A stretch of 45,110 nucleotides of DNA from an uncultured Bacilli bacterium (GCA_910586635.1 CAJUJA010000004.1:1-45110); one strand, 5' to 3'; shown: positions 1-9,815, counted from the stretch's first letter. Translations and numbers: made by a program. The notes: generated by a model not told the origin, from the letters alone.

Positions 1-268
1 TCAAACAATTTGATTTCTCTTTTCTCTTTCATGATAAATTTATTATATAAATATATAACAGATACGATTTCATTTCTAACTTTACATTATGGGTCCTTTC
101 TACTACCATTCTACAAAATTCACAGTATTTCTACTACTAGTTCCTTAAGAAATTAGCATCATCTTTATAAAATATAGTTATGATTGCTACTACATTTATG
201 CAAAAAGCAACTAATGCTTGATAGAAGAGTTTATATCAACTATTTATAATTATATCGAGGTGATAAGT

Positions 269-1912
269 ATGAAAAGAAAAAACCGGGTAAGCCTTATCTT
301 AGCTTTTGCTTTTACTATTTTTATTTTAATAGGTTTCAGTTTAGATGCTTACAATGATTTAAGCCTATTTTCTAAAAATAGTGTTATGATATGGATTGTT
401 ATCTTTTTCCTAATTGTTTTGTTTTTAAGGGCAATCCTATATGTGTATGAACAAATAGAAAAAACTAAGGATTTTAAAAATGCGAGGAAACCAAAATTTA
501 TTTTAATTTATAAATTTTATAATGTTTTTGATAATCATCCCTTTTTAACATCATTTATTGTGATTTTATTTTGTTGGCTTATTTATATCATCGCTTTTTA
601 TCCTGCTATATTATCCCCAGACCCCAGTTATCAAATTTTACAATATTTTGGAATTGATAATAAATATTCTTATTACTCTGTTCTATTAGACAAAAATATG
701 TTAATTACTAATCATCATCCTGTTTTTCATACTGTATTATTAGGAAGCTTTATAAAAATTGGACTTTTACTTGGAAACTTTAATCTTGGACTTTTTTTCT
801 ATAGCTTGGTCCAAATCATGATTTTAAATATGACTTTATCTTATACTATTACTTTTATGAAACAAATTGGTATGAATAAAAAGTTCTTAATCGGTTGCCT
901 TATCATTTATTCACTGGTACCAGTCTTTCCATTTTATGCAATGTCACCTGTTAAGGATGTTCTGTTTACCTGTTTTCTTATTTTCTATCTTATTTTTATT
1001 TATCAATATGTTATATTAAAAAGAAAGGTTTCCTTTTTAAAAACACTTATGATTTTAATGATGATTACTCTATTTAGAAATAATGGAATTCATATTATTA
1101 TCTTTTCCCTTCCCCTTTTATTATTCATAAAACGAAAAGAAAAACTAAAAATTATAGGACTATTATTGGCTCTTCTTTCCTTTTATTTTTCTTATCAAAA
1201 GATTTTACTTCCATTTTTTAGAATTACTCCAGGAAGTGTTAGAGAAATGTTATCTGTTCCTTTCCAACAAACCGCTAGATATGTAACATATTATGAAAAT
1301 GATATTTCTAAAAAAGAGCAAAAAATTATTGATAAGGTATTAGATTATTCTACCTTAAAAGAACGCTATAATCCTCAAAAAGCTGATCCTGTTAAGAATA
1401 AATTTAATCGTTTTGCAACAAAACGAGATCTAAAAGAATATTTTAAGGTATGGGTTCAACAAGGAATAAAGCATCCCAATGTTTATATAGAATCCTTTCT
1501 TTCTAACACATCCGGTTATTTTTCTCCTTTAAAAACAAATTGGTATATTTATAATAGCTATCACAAATATCATAACGTTTTAGAACAACATCACCTATAC
1601 TATTCTTATAACTCATTTAGGCCTCTAAGAATCATTCTTAGTACGATTGGAGTTATATTTCCATATATCCCAGTTATAGGATTATGTGTTAATATTGGCT
1701 TTTCTACATGGATTATTTTATTTATGATAAGTTATCTATTCTACAAAAAAAAGTATCAAGCTCTCCTATTATTTCTCCCCTCTGTTTTGGTTTTGGCCTT
1801 TTGTCTTCTGTCTCCTGTTAATACTTACTTTAGATACGCAATGCCTAATATCTTTGGTATGCCCCTTTTAATCGCCTTATTTTTAAGTATCGTTAAAAGA
1901 CAAACATCATAA
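269..1912 (+). CDS. polytopic integral membrane protein, function unknown
   Basis: Track ORF 218..1912 starts at TTG. The ATG at 269 (MKRKNRVS...) follows a gaggtga RBS and is the more likely start. The sequence is mostly F/I/L/Y-rich hydrophobic segments with short polar loops. No family recognised with certainty. Confidence 0.6.
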   Translation: MKRKNRVSLILAFAFTIFILIGFSLDAYNDLSLFSKNSVMIWIVIFFLIVLFLRAILYVYEQIEKTKDFKNARKPKFILIYKFYNVFDNHPFLTSFIVILFCWLIYIIAFYPAILSPDPSYQILQYFGIDNKYSYYSVLLDKNMLITNHHPVFHTVLLGSFIKIGLLLGNFNLGLFFYSLVQIMILNMTLSYTITFMKQIGMNKKFLIGCLIIYSLVPVFPFYAMSPVKDVLFTCFLIFYLIFIYQYVILKRKVSFLKTLMILMMITLFRNNGIHIIIFSLPLLLFIKRKEKLKIIGLLLALLSFYFSYQKILLPFFRITPGSVREMLSVPFQQTARYVTYYENDISKKEQKIIDKVLDYSTLKERYNPQKADPVKNKFNRFATKRDLKEYFKVWVQQGIKHPNVYIESFLSNTSGYFSPLKTNWYIYNSYHKYHNVLEQHHLYYSYNSFRPLRIILSTIGVIFPYIPVIGLCVNIGFSTWIILFMISYLFYKKKYQALLLFLPSVLVLAFCLLSPVNTYFRYAMPNIFGMPLLIALFLSIVKRQTS

Positions 1913-2006
1913 TTTCGAATTATCTTGTTATCCAAAGGAATATTCATACTTATGTTTTTTGTTTGCTAACTATATCAAAACAGATTATAATATATGTGGT
2001 GGTAGT

Positions 2007-2837
2007 ATGGATCAATTAAAAATTGGTAAATTTATTAGTTCTTTAAGAAAAGATATTGGAGTTACACAACAAGTCTTAGCAGAACATTTAGGGGTTACTG
2101 ACAAAGCTGTCAGCAAATGGGAAAGGGGAATTAGTTGTCCGGATATTTCCCTTTTAGGTCCTATTAGTGATTATTTTCATATTACTATAAATGAATTGTT
2201 ATTAGGTGAGAAAAAAGAACACTCTATTTCTAAAGAAGAAATAGAGAAAATAAACGAGGATATTTTGGCATATTCTTATAATCAAATGGGAATTAACAAA
2301 CAATATCAAAAGAAACTAAAGATTATAATCAGTATTATTAGCATTCTTCTTTTGCTCATTCTTTTATTTTTTGGTATATACAGTTATACAAGAATACAAA
2401 AACAAAAGGAGCTAAGTGAGTATACCAACCGCTTAGAAAAGAATTTGCAACTTTATCATTTTGAAAAGGATAAGCCATTAAGATCTCCTAATTGGATTTT
2501 AAACTTAGAGGGAGTCACCTACGTTGTACCTACTATTACATATAAAAATTCTATCAAGACTGAAATATATAAGGAAATCTTATCCTACTCTGATTATGAA
2601 AACTATAATGGAATTATTGTTTATTTCAATGGTAAAAATATTTCTGTTTACCATTATGAAAATATAGGGGCAAAAAAAACTAACGTGATCATGATTTCCT
2701 GTAATCAAGATGGTGAGTTAAAAAAGGATAAAAAATATTCTAAAAAGGAAAAAGAGTTTTATTCAAGTAAAAAAGAAGAAATTAAAACAAGAGTGATTCA
2801 AATAGAGACTATGTGGCATAGCATTTATGAAGCATAA
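2007..2837 (+). CDS. XRE-family HTH transcriptional regulator with a central transmembrane segment
   Basis: MDQLKIGKFISSLRKDIGVTQQVLAEHLGVTDKAVSKWERGISCPDISLLGPISDYFHITINELLLGE is a classic HTH_3 (Cro/C1) domain. It is followed by the hydrophobic stretch IIISIISILLLLILLFFGIY. ATG at 2007 preferred over the track start at 1959. Confidence 0.75.
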   Translation: MDQLKIGKFISSLRKDIGVTQQVLAEHLGVTDKAVSKWERGISCPDISLLGPISDYFHITINELLLGEKKEHSISKEEIEKINEDILAYSYNQMGINKQYQKKLKIIISIISILLLLILLFFGIYSYTRIQKQKELSEYTNRLEKNLQLYHFEKDKPLRSPNWILNLEGVTYVVPTITYKNSIKTEIYKEILSYSDYENYNGIIVYFNGKNISVYHYENIGAKKTNVIMISCNQDGELKKDKKYSKKEKEFYSSKKEEIKTRVIQIETMWHSIYEA

Positions 2838-2907
2838 TATAAGAAATTTCTATTATGAAATAGTATAAGTAAATTATTTCTATCATATTGTTTGATAGGT
2901 GATTAAT

Positions 2908-3383
2908 ATGGATAACAATAACAAAATAGTAAAAATAGGAAGAGAGTTAATTAGTGTAACAATTGTCACTTTTGCTCCCTTTTATTAAGCCCTCTTCATC
3001 TTGCAAGTATTGCTTATTATAAAGATCAGCAAAATAAGAAAAAGGAGTTTCAAGGAATTCAAAAAAAGATTAAAACCATTCTAGATAGATTTCCAGATGA
3101 TACCCAAAATATTGATTACAATGATTATCACCAAGTTTTCCTTGAGGTATATAACAAAGTAAATTTTTTATCTGTAAAAGACTTAGAAACCCTGCGTCAA
3201 TTTTGCCTATTAGCCTACGTCTCTCTTAATATGAAAGAATCTCTTATGGAAGAAAATCGTGATAAAATTGATATTTATGCAAGGTATCATAGAAAGATTG
3301 AAGATAAAATAGATGAGCAAAAGATACGGAAGAAAAGTATCCAAAGAGAAAAACTTAATTATTTTTTAAAAAGGAAAAGGTAA
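2908..3383 (+). pseudogene. small membrane-anchored protein interrupted by an apparent 1-nt frameshift (pseudogene, homopolymer sequencing error or programmed -1 shift)
   Basis: ATG at 2908 with aggtga RBS 5 nt upstream gives MDNNNKIVKIGRELISVTIVTFAPFY, then TAA at 2986-2988. The -1 frame is open from 2955 to the TAA at 3381-3383 (LLSPLHLASIAYYKDQQNKKKEFQGIQKKIKTILDRFPDD...KLNYFLKRKR). That frame has no early start codon, so it is absent from the ORF track. The c/t run at 2978-2984 is a plausible slip site. Confidence 0.45.
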
Positions 3384-3386
3384 GTT

Positions 3387-4115
3387 CTATCTTACCTTTT
3401 CTTTATATTTACTACTTCTTCTTACCATAATAGGTAAATCAATTCCAGTATAAGATGGCCAATTGATAATTTCTGCTTCTTTTCCATACTTTTCTCGGTA
3501 GTCCATACAAACATCTTCTGCCCAATATTTTCCCATCCATTTGAGATGTTCTTTTGTAGAATGATCGCAAGGGCAAAATGCCAACATTAAATTCTTATCT
3601 TCTTCAAACGCTTTATCTGCTATTGAAATTGTAGCTTTGCAAGGGTATAGGCCATATAAAGTGTCAATCCCTTTAATATCTGTTTCTTTAGTAAATTTTT
3701 CTTTTACTACTGTTACATTTTCTATATCAGAAAATAAAAGTTCTGGTTCATAAATCGTTAAGCTTCCATGGCTTAACTTTATTTTAGGAATTACTAATTC
3801 TGCTAACCTTGGGTAAGATCCAGCACCTATTTCACAACAGTTTCCCTCTAAAAAGGAATAACTTTGTAATAACTTAGCCATTTCTATATAAGGATATGAT
3901 CCTTCATTATAAACGCCAAATTTTGAGAATATTTCTGAGTCATCTGTTGCAATTTCATGTGGTGTATTCTTGGGAAATTCTATTATATAGCTATCTTCAA
4001 AGATATGAATCGACAAGTATTTCGCCCACTCTATATCCTTGTCTTTATTTTCTATAATAAAATCCAACATTTCCGTTTTTTTACTAAAATATTTTTCTTC
4101 GTTTAATAATTTCAT
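3387..4115 (-). CDS. hypothetical protein with a Rossmann-like EIGAGSYP motif (possible SAM/nucleotide-binding fold)
   Basis: 242-aa ORF. CCEIGAGSYPRLAELV resembles methyltransferase motif I (ExGxGxG). Cys/His cluster FCPCDHSTKEH. No family recognised. Confidence 0.45.
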   Translation of the reverse strand: MKLLNEEKYFSKKTEMLDFIIENKDKDIEWAKYLSIHIFEDSYIIEFPKNTPHEIATDDSEIFSKFGVYNEGSYPYIEMAKLLQSYSFLEGNCCEIGAGSYPRLAELVIPKIKLSHGSLTIYEPELLFSDIENVTVVKEKFTKETDIKGIDTLYGLYPCKATISIADKAFEEDKNLMLAFCPCDHSTKEHLKWMGKYWAEDVCMDYREKYGKEAEIINWPSYTGIDLPIMVRRSSKYKEKVR

Positions 4116-4183
4116 CTTTTATACCCCTTTTAAAACAGGCTTATTATATCATAGATGCTATATAAATGCAAGAAAAATAACTT

Positions 4184-4906
4184 TTAGAATGAAACTGTTG
4201 CAATAATTGGTTTATGATCACTCATTCTATTTTGTAAGTGGATTACTCTAGCTTTTTCTATCTTCCAACTTTTTGGAATAAAAATATGGTCAATAGGTAA
4301 TCTTCTACACTTATGAGTTGGTTCATTCACCTCTACCCTTTTATAGCCCATTTCCCTCATCCTGCGAATGAAAATTTCAAAATATAAATCTCCAATTGTG
4401 GCATTAAAGTCACCCATTAAAACGAATGGATATTCTTCGCTTTTTAATTTTTTGACCAGATATTCTAATTGTTTTCTCTTTATTTTATCAGAGAATACAT
4501 CAATATGCGTACTCATTACCTTTATTCTTTTAGAGTCCACCTCAATCGATATTTCTGTAATAATTCGAGGAATACTTGGAAAAGATGGAATGTGAATCGT
4601 TTTCGTATCTAAAATCTTGTATCTTGAAATTACACTAGTAGCTTCATTAAACTTATTAAATGGAGGAATTCTATTCCCTAGTTTAGTAAATCGGTATTTT
4701 CCCGCTAATTCATATTTTTTTTCTAATATTGGTAATAACCTATCCTGATATCTTTTTGTTAATTCTTGAATCCCCAATACATCAATTTTATAATTTGTTA
4801 GGAATTTTAGCAGTTCTATCGTATGATCTCCATATTTATCAATCCCTGAATACTTTTTGATCCTATACTTATTCTGAATATTAAATGTTGCTATTGTAAG
4901 TTTCAT
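4184..4906 (-). CDS. endonuclease/exonuclease/phosphatase (EEP) family protein
   Basis: N-terminal TFNIQN, GIQELT, MGDFNAT, and C-terminal DHIF / SDHKPI are the conserved EEP catalytic motifs. aggagga RBS lies upstream of the ATG. Confidence 0.8.
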   Translation of the reverse strand: MKLTIATFNIQNKYRIKKYSGIDKYGDHTIELLKFLTNYKIDVLGIQELTKRYQDRLLPILEKKYELAGKYRFTKLGNRIPPFNKFNEATSVISRYKILDTKTIHIPSFPSIPRIITEISIEVDSKRIKVMSTHIDVFSDKIKRKQLEYLVKKLKSEEYPFVLMGDFNATIGDLYFEIFIRRMREMGYKRVEVNEPTHKCRRLPIDHIFIPKSWKIEKARVIHLQNRMSDHKPIIATVSF

Positions 4907-4924
4907 ATATTCCTCCTAAAAGTC

Positions 4925-4948
4925 AACAAAAAACGCCATACTGGCGTC
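4925..4948 (-). terminator. rho-independent terminator downstream of hup
   Basis: Minus strand reads ACGCCA-GTA-TGGCGT followed by TTTTTTG. It lies immediately after the hup stop. Confidence 0.7.
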
Positions 4949-4957
4949 CTTTTATTA

Positions 4958-5230
4958 TTAATTTACAGCGTCTTTTAAAGCTGAACCTGGTTTAAATGTA
5001 ACTGCATTTCTAGCAGCGATTTGAACAACAGCTCCTGTTTTAGGATTACGTCCCTCACGAGCAGCTCTTTTTGAAACTGCAAATGTTCCGAATCCAACTA
5101 GTGGAACTTTATCTCCTTTTGATAAAGCTTCAGTAATTGATGCAATCATAGCATCAATAGCCTTTGTAGCATCTGCTTTTGTTAAACCAGCTTCTTCAGC
5201 TACTTTTTCTACTAACTCTACTTTTTTCAT
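4958..5230 (-). CDS. hup: DNA-binding protein HU
   Basis: The 90-aa product MKKVELVEKVAEEAGLTKADATKAIDAMIASITEAL...GFGTFAVSKRAAREGRNPKTG...FKPGSALKDAVN matches the HU/IHF family signature over its whole length. Confidence 0.95.
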   Translation of the reverse strand: MKKVELVEKVAEEAGLTKADATKAIDAMIASITEALSKGDKVPLVGFGTFAVSKRAAREGRNPKTGAVVQIAARNAVTFKPGSALKDAVN

Positions 5231-5395
5231 TTTTAATTATACCTCCCAATATTTTTTAAGCATTATTATGTTATGCTTACATATTGAATTTATCATGAAT
5301 TTCTATAAATTGCAATAAAAATACTTAAAAAATAGCAAAAAAGAACCTTGTTTATCAATAATTCCGTTATGGTAAACAAAAACATTAAAATTTTT

Positions 5396-5737
5396 CTATT
5401 TCTTCTTGTCTAGCTTTTTATTAATAGAGTCTAATAAGGTAATAATACTACCCATTCCATAGAAGAAAACACAAACAAGAAAGGCTACAAACCAAATTGT
5501 TAAAGTTAAAGAGAAGTTAAATTCAGTTGTAGTACAGGTTTTGGAATATAACCCTGATGTAGTCCCACAGGACGGAAAAACATTTCCAAAAATTACTCCT
5601 ATACAAATTCCAGCCCCCATAATAACTAAGGCAATGATTTGATAATGATTTAACTCCTGTTTGCTTACTCCATCTGTAACTTTTTGTAATTTTGGTAAAT
5701 CTTTTCTTAACTTTTCTATTTCATCAAACATATTCAT
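5396..5737 (-). CDS. small membrane protein, unknown function
   Basis: The likely start MNMFDEIEKLRK... sits just downstream of the stop of the upstream ORF. Two hydrophobic helices (IIALVIMGAGICIGVIFGNVF, LTIWFVAFLVCVFFYGMGSII). Confidence 0.5.
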   Translation of the reverse strand: MNMFDEIEKLRKDLPKLQKVTDGVSKQELNHYQIIALVIMGAGICIGVIFGNVFPSCGTTSGLYSKTCTTTEFNFSLTLTIWFVAFLVCVFFYGMGSIITLLDSINKKLDKKK

Positions 5738-5738
5738 A

Positions 5739-6389
5739 CTACTTAGTCCCCTTTTTACTTGGCTTATTTTTCTTATCAACATAATCCTTATATAAGTAGA
5801 TATACCTAGATAATAATATCGTATAAGCAGTTACTAACATTGATATAACTGCCCCGTCAAAGGTAGAGGTTTGAATTAAATCAATTGTGAGCAAAATAAT
5901 TCCCAAAATTACTATTGCATAAAAATAATTTATATTACTAATATCATTAAAAGGAGACTTATCCAGTTTAAATTCTTTCCAAATTCTTGTATTATATAGT
6001 AAAGAATGTATCATATAAATTAGAAACATGATATAAATTCCTAATGTAACTAAAGAGGTTAAACTAAGGGACTGAATAATCGTCAAAATAGAAGTAATGG
6101 TAAATATTGTATATATTAAAATTAAAAATAAGTTTAAAAAATTAAAATATTTCTTACCTATCCTTGTTTTTAACGGAATAAAATATAAAAGTCCAACTAA
6201 GTAGATACTATTATGATTCAATAAGTTTCTTAAGATTGCATTGGATCCTATATTGTTTTTTACTGCAAATGACTGAGATAATATAATAATCAAGGCTAAA
6301 GAAGTAATTGCTAAGGTCGTGATAAAGTTAGGATTATCATACCATTCTACTACTTCTACTTCTTTTTTTTGTATTTTTTCTTTTTCCAT
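5739..6389 (-). CDS. polytopic membrane protein, unknown function
   Basis: 216-aa ORF with ggaaggtgg RBS and 5-6 hydrophobic segments. Apparently co-transcribed with 5396..5737. Confidence 0.5.
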   Translation of the reverse strand: MEKEKIQKKEVEVVEWYDNPNFITTLAITSLALIIILSQSFAVKNNIGSNAILRNLLNHNSIYLVGLLYFIPLKTRIGKKYFNFLNLFLILIYTIFTITSILTIIQSLSLTSLVTLGIYIMFLIYMIHSLLYNTRIWKEFKLDKSPFNDISNINYFYAIVILGIILLTIDLIQTSTFDGAVISMLVTAYTILLSRYIYLYKDYVDKKNKPSKKGTK

Positions 6390-6479
6390 AATACCACCTT
6401 CCTATTATTAATATTATATCATAATTACTGTGTAAATTATATGAATTTTTTCGTTTACTAAAAATTTCAAAATAGTAAC

Positions 6480-7313
6480 TTATCTTTTTTGTCTTTTAAT
6501 TAACTTCGCATGCATGACTACTCTTTTGTGGTCATCAAAGCAAGTAGAAAGGGTTAAAACTTTATCTGTATCTCTTACTTGTGTTTTAAAATCATAATAA
6601 CTCCTTTTTAATATTAAGTCTAAAAAGGAGGAAAACTGTCTGGAATCTAAAAAGTTAACTTGGATGTAATCATTAGTAGTTGGAATATGATAAACACTAA
6701 AAACCTGCCAAAGACTATTTTCGTACTTTGTAGATAATTTAATCACATAATTATTAGAATTTTGATACCAATTACTATTTAATATATTCTTAAGACTTCC
6801 AAACATAGAACCATTTTTTCTACCGTGTGCATAAAGAATTGTATTTTTATCAAAATCCTTTATTTGATTACGATAATCCATGAAAACCCAACCAGCCTCA
6901 TTTTTAGATCCATAAAAACTATGATTTAGATAATACTCATTATCTGAATGTTTTACTACTGGATAGTTAATATTTGTACCATTTACCGAAATCCATGCTA
7001 CAACTTCTTGATTTTTCTTTTCTAAATCTGAAAAGTCGACCTCTATATAATCCATTTTAATAAAGTCCCAATATGGATCAAACGAAGATACTCCCTCCTC
7101 ATCGATTACTTTTTCTTTTTCATCTTCTTTAGTCTTTTTATCATGAATAGAGGTTTTTTCTTCTAAGTCGTTCCTTTCTTTTCTATTATCATAGTTATCA
7201 AACACCCATAATATAATATGAATAGAACTATAAATAATAAGACTTATTGATAAAATTATAATTAATAATAAGAAAAAATTATTTCTTTTTAAATATTGTT
7301 TTCTCTTCTTCAT
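6480..7313 (-). CDS. srtB: class B sortase
   Basis: N-terminal membrane anchor. VAWISVNGTNINYPVV, NTILYAHG and the catalytic-Cys motif VLTLSTCF...RVVMHAKL all closely resemble SrtB (TLSTC motif). Confidence 0.85.
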   Translation of the reverse strand: MKKRKQYLKRNNFFLLLIIILSISLIIYSSIHIILWVFDNYDNRKERNDLEEKTSIHDKKTKEDEKEKVIDEEGVSSFDPYWDFIKMDYIEVDFSDLEKKNQEVVAWISVNGTNINYPVVKHSDNEYYLNHSFYGSKNEAGWVFMDYRNQIKDFDKNTILYAHGRKNGSMFGSLKNILNSNWYQNSNNYVIKLSTKYENSLWQVFSVYHIPTTNDYIQVNFLDSRQFSSFLDLILKRSYYDFKTQVRDTDKVLTLSTCFDDHKRVVMHAKLIKRQKR

Positions 7314-7340
7314 GAGATGCTCCTAAAAAGTTCTATGCTT

Positions 7341-8375
7341 CTACATAGAACTTTTCTTTTTCCTATTATAAACTATCATACTTCCTAGTAACATGAAACA
7401 GCCCAAGGTGAATAAGGTCCCATACAGTTGGATAGAATCTAAAGTATCTGGATTCTTTTCTCCGTTTTGAATATCTGTACTTATATTATCACTCTTGTTT
7501 TTTCCATAAACTGCATATTCTGATAAATGGGTTGTAGTAAAACTTACAAAACCATTTTCATATGTTGCAGAAATTTCCTCGGCTACGGTACCATTTTTAA
7601 TATAGGCTACTTTATAAATATCATACTTTGTAGATACTGGTATTTTAATACGAAATGAACCACCACTTAGAGGTACTATCGTACTACCATTGTACATGGA
7701 TATATCATAAGCAGCAATATAATTAAAATCTCCCAATTTTATATTTTGTGCATTTATATTTGATACTTTTAATGTATGATTACTACTTAATGCCTTATTT
7801 GTAGTAAAAGTAATTCCCCCATCTGTAAAGTTTTTATTATCCTCCACATTGGTTGTCCCTTTTACCATTTCCTCTAAGACATTATATCTAGTATCTGACT
7901 GAATCATCGCTTCTATTTGTGCTTTCTTCTCACTATCAATCGCACCAGAAAAGGCTTGGTCTCCAATTACTATATATGGAGTTGCATAAGTACCATTACT
8001 AGATTGTCCATTTAAGAAACTTGCCGTTTTATCTAATAGGTTAAAATTAGTGTTACTAACTCCTGATTCTGCTACTTTATAACTTATTATTTTAAACTTA
8101 TCCCCATATTTAGGAATTAAAGTATCCTTTACATAATTTAAGAAGTTAATACAATTTCTGCATCCTTTTCCACGAAATAAGTAAACCACTACTTTATCTC
8201 CTGAATCTGTGTATTTTCCATAATCTACACCTGTGATTGCCTCATCAGTAAATGCATCACTTAAATTCTCACTTGTATACCTAGATAAATCTAGCCCTGC
8301 TGCTCCTACACTACTAGGGATAATAAAGGTTGTCACCATAAACAACAAAATCAAAAATACATTCTTTTTTTTCAT
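7341..8375 (-). CDS. secreted surface protein with thioredoxin-like CxxC region and C-terminal NPDTL sorting signal (candidate SrtB substrate)
   Basis: Signal peptide MKKKNVFLILLFMVTTFIIPSSVGAAG. VVVYLFRGKGCRNCINFLNYV is a thioredoxin-fold-like CxxC. The C-terminus is NPDTL, then the hydrophobic stretch YGTLFTLGCFMLLGSMIVY, then NRKKK, which is the NPxTx-type cell-wall sorting signal layout. Confidence 0.7.
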   Translation of the reverse strand: MKKKNVFLILLFMVTTFIIPSSVGAAGLDLSRYTSENLSDAFTDEAITGVDYGKYTDSGDKVVVYLFRGKGCRNCINFLNYVKDTLIPKYGDKFKIISYKVAESGVSNTNFNLLDKTASFLNGQSSNGTYATPYIVIGDQAFSGAIDSEKKAQIEAMIQSDTRYNVLEEMVKGTTNVEDNKNFTDGGITFTTNKALSSNHTLKVSNINAQNIKLGDFNYIAAYDISMYNGSTIVPLSGGSFRIKIPVSTKYDIYKVAYIKNGTVAEEISATYENGFVSFTTTHLSEYAVYGKNKSDNISTDIQNGEKNPDTLDSIQLYGTLFTLGCFMLLGSMIVYNRKKKSSM

Positions 8376-8504
8376 AATCTCTCTCCTTTTTTACTATACA
8401 ATACAAAATAAAATATAAATTGTCAAGCAGTTTTTACGTTTTTAAAACATTTACAATCATAGGCTTGCTATGGTATACTATGCCTATATTTGGAGGTGAT
8501 TTCT

Positions 8505-9815
8505 ATGCCAATACCTGTTGTTGCCATTATTGGCAGACCTAATGTTGGAAAGAGTACATTATTTAATAAAATTATAGGCAAAAAAATTGCCATTACAAAA
8601 GATATACCTGGTGTTACAAGAGACAGAATTTATCAAGAAGCCATTTATCAGAACAAAAAATTTTTTTTAATTGATACTGGCGGAATTGATTTAGAAAAAG
8701 CAGATTTTAATACTGAAATTAAGGTTCAAGCAGAAATTGCTATTAAGGAAGCTGATATCCTAGTATTTATGGTAGATGGCAAAGAAGGACTTACTTCTAA
8801 TGATTTAACTGTACGTGATCTACTTAGAAAGACGAAGAAGAAAGTAATTGTTGCTATTAATAAGATAGATTTTAAAGATGCGAAGGAAAATTTATATGAT
8901 TTTTACGAGTTAGGATTTGATACTTATATTCCTATTAGTAGTATTCATAATACAGGTTTTGTAGAATTAATGGATGCTATCACAATGAATTTTTACCAAA
9001 TTGAAGAGGAAAAAACCGATCATCGTGTAAAATTTTCTATTATTGGAAGACCTAATGTTGGGAAAAGTTCCTTAATGAATGCCTTATTAAATGAAGAACG
9101 TGTTGTTGTTTCTAATATTGCGGGAACAACAAGGGATTCCATTGACTCTATTTTAAAATACCACGGGAAAGAGTATATTTTAATTGATACCGCTGGAATG
9201 AGAAAAAGAGGAAAAGTATTTGAGTCTATTGAAAAATATAGCCTGCTTAGATCTATGCGAGCAATTGACCGGAGCGATATTTGTTTAGTGGTTATTAATG
9301 CGGAAGAGGGAATTACTGAACACGATAAACATATTGCAGGATATGCAATAGAAAAAGGAAAAGGGTTAATCTTTGTAGTCAATAAATGGGACACAGTAAA
9401 AGATACTACCATTAATGATTATAGGAAACTAATGAAAGCTGAATTCCAATTTGCTACTTATGCCCCTATCGTCTTTTTATCTGCTCTTACCAAGAAAAGA
9501 ATTCATACTTTAATGCCTGAGGTTTTAAAAGTAGAGGAAAACATCAAAAGAGAGATTAAAACCAGCATTTTAAATGATGTCATTTTAGATGCTTATCAAT
9601 TAAATATCCCCCCTTCTTATAAGGGAAAAAGACTTAAAATTTATTTTTCTAGCCAAACTGGTACCAAGCCACCAAAATTCACTTTAAGGGTCAATAATAA
9701 AGGATTAGTCCATTTTTCTTATTATAGGTATCTAGAAAATAAATTACGAGAGAACTTTGATTTACAAGGAACTCCTATCATGATACAATTTAAGAATAGG
9801 AGTGGTGATGAATAA
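8505..9815 (+). CDS. der: ribosome-associated GTPase Der (EngA), double G-domain
   Basis: Two GRPNVGKS P-loops (IIGRPNVGKSTLFN and IIGRPNVGKSSLMN), DTGG/DTAG and NKID/NKWD motifs, and a KH-like C-terminus. ATG at 8505 follows a ggaggtga RBS (track start is TTG at 8490). Confidence 0.95.
   Translation: MPIPVVAIIGRPNVGKSTLFNKIIGKKIAITKDIPGVTRDRIYQEAIYQNKKFFLIDTGGIDLEKADFNTEIKVQAEIAIKEADILVFMVDGKEGLTSNDLTVRDLLRKTKKKVIVAINKIDFKDAKENLYDFYELGFDTYIPISSIHNTGFVELMDAITMNFYQIEEEKTDHRVKFSIIGRPNVGKSSLMNALLNEERVVVSNIAGTTRDSIDSILKYHGKEYILIDTAGMRKRGKVFESIEKYSLLRSMRAIDRSDICLVVINAEEGITEHDKHIAGYAIEKGKGLIFVVNKWDTVKDTTINDYRKLMKAEFQFATYAPIVFLSALTKKRIHTLMPEVLKVEENIKREIKTSILNDVILDAYQLNIPPSYKGKRLKIYFSSQTGTKPPKFTLRVNNKGLVHFSYYRYLENKLRENFDLQGTPIMIQFKNRSGDE

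Noticed and set aside
4368-4595. 75-aa plus-strand ORF inside the EEP gene
   Set aside because: Antisense shadow ORF with no RBS and no recognisable motif. The same reasoning applies to 8233..8418, 10026..10250, 11274..11483, 19370..19615, 23959..24156, 25959..26174, 26340..26528, 27271..27465, 30085..30297, 31687..31884, 33786..34025, 35798..36046, 36742..37029, 38053..38250 and 39404..39598.
9020-9412. 130-aa minus-strand ORF inside der
   Set aside because: Entirely antisense to a high-confidence conserved gene. Low-complexity S/I/F-rich translation typical of shadow ORFs in AT-rich DNA. No RBS.
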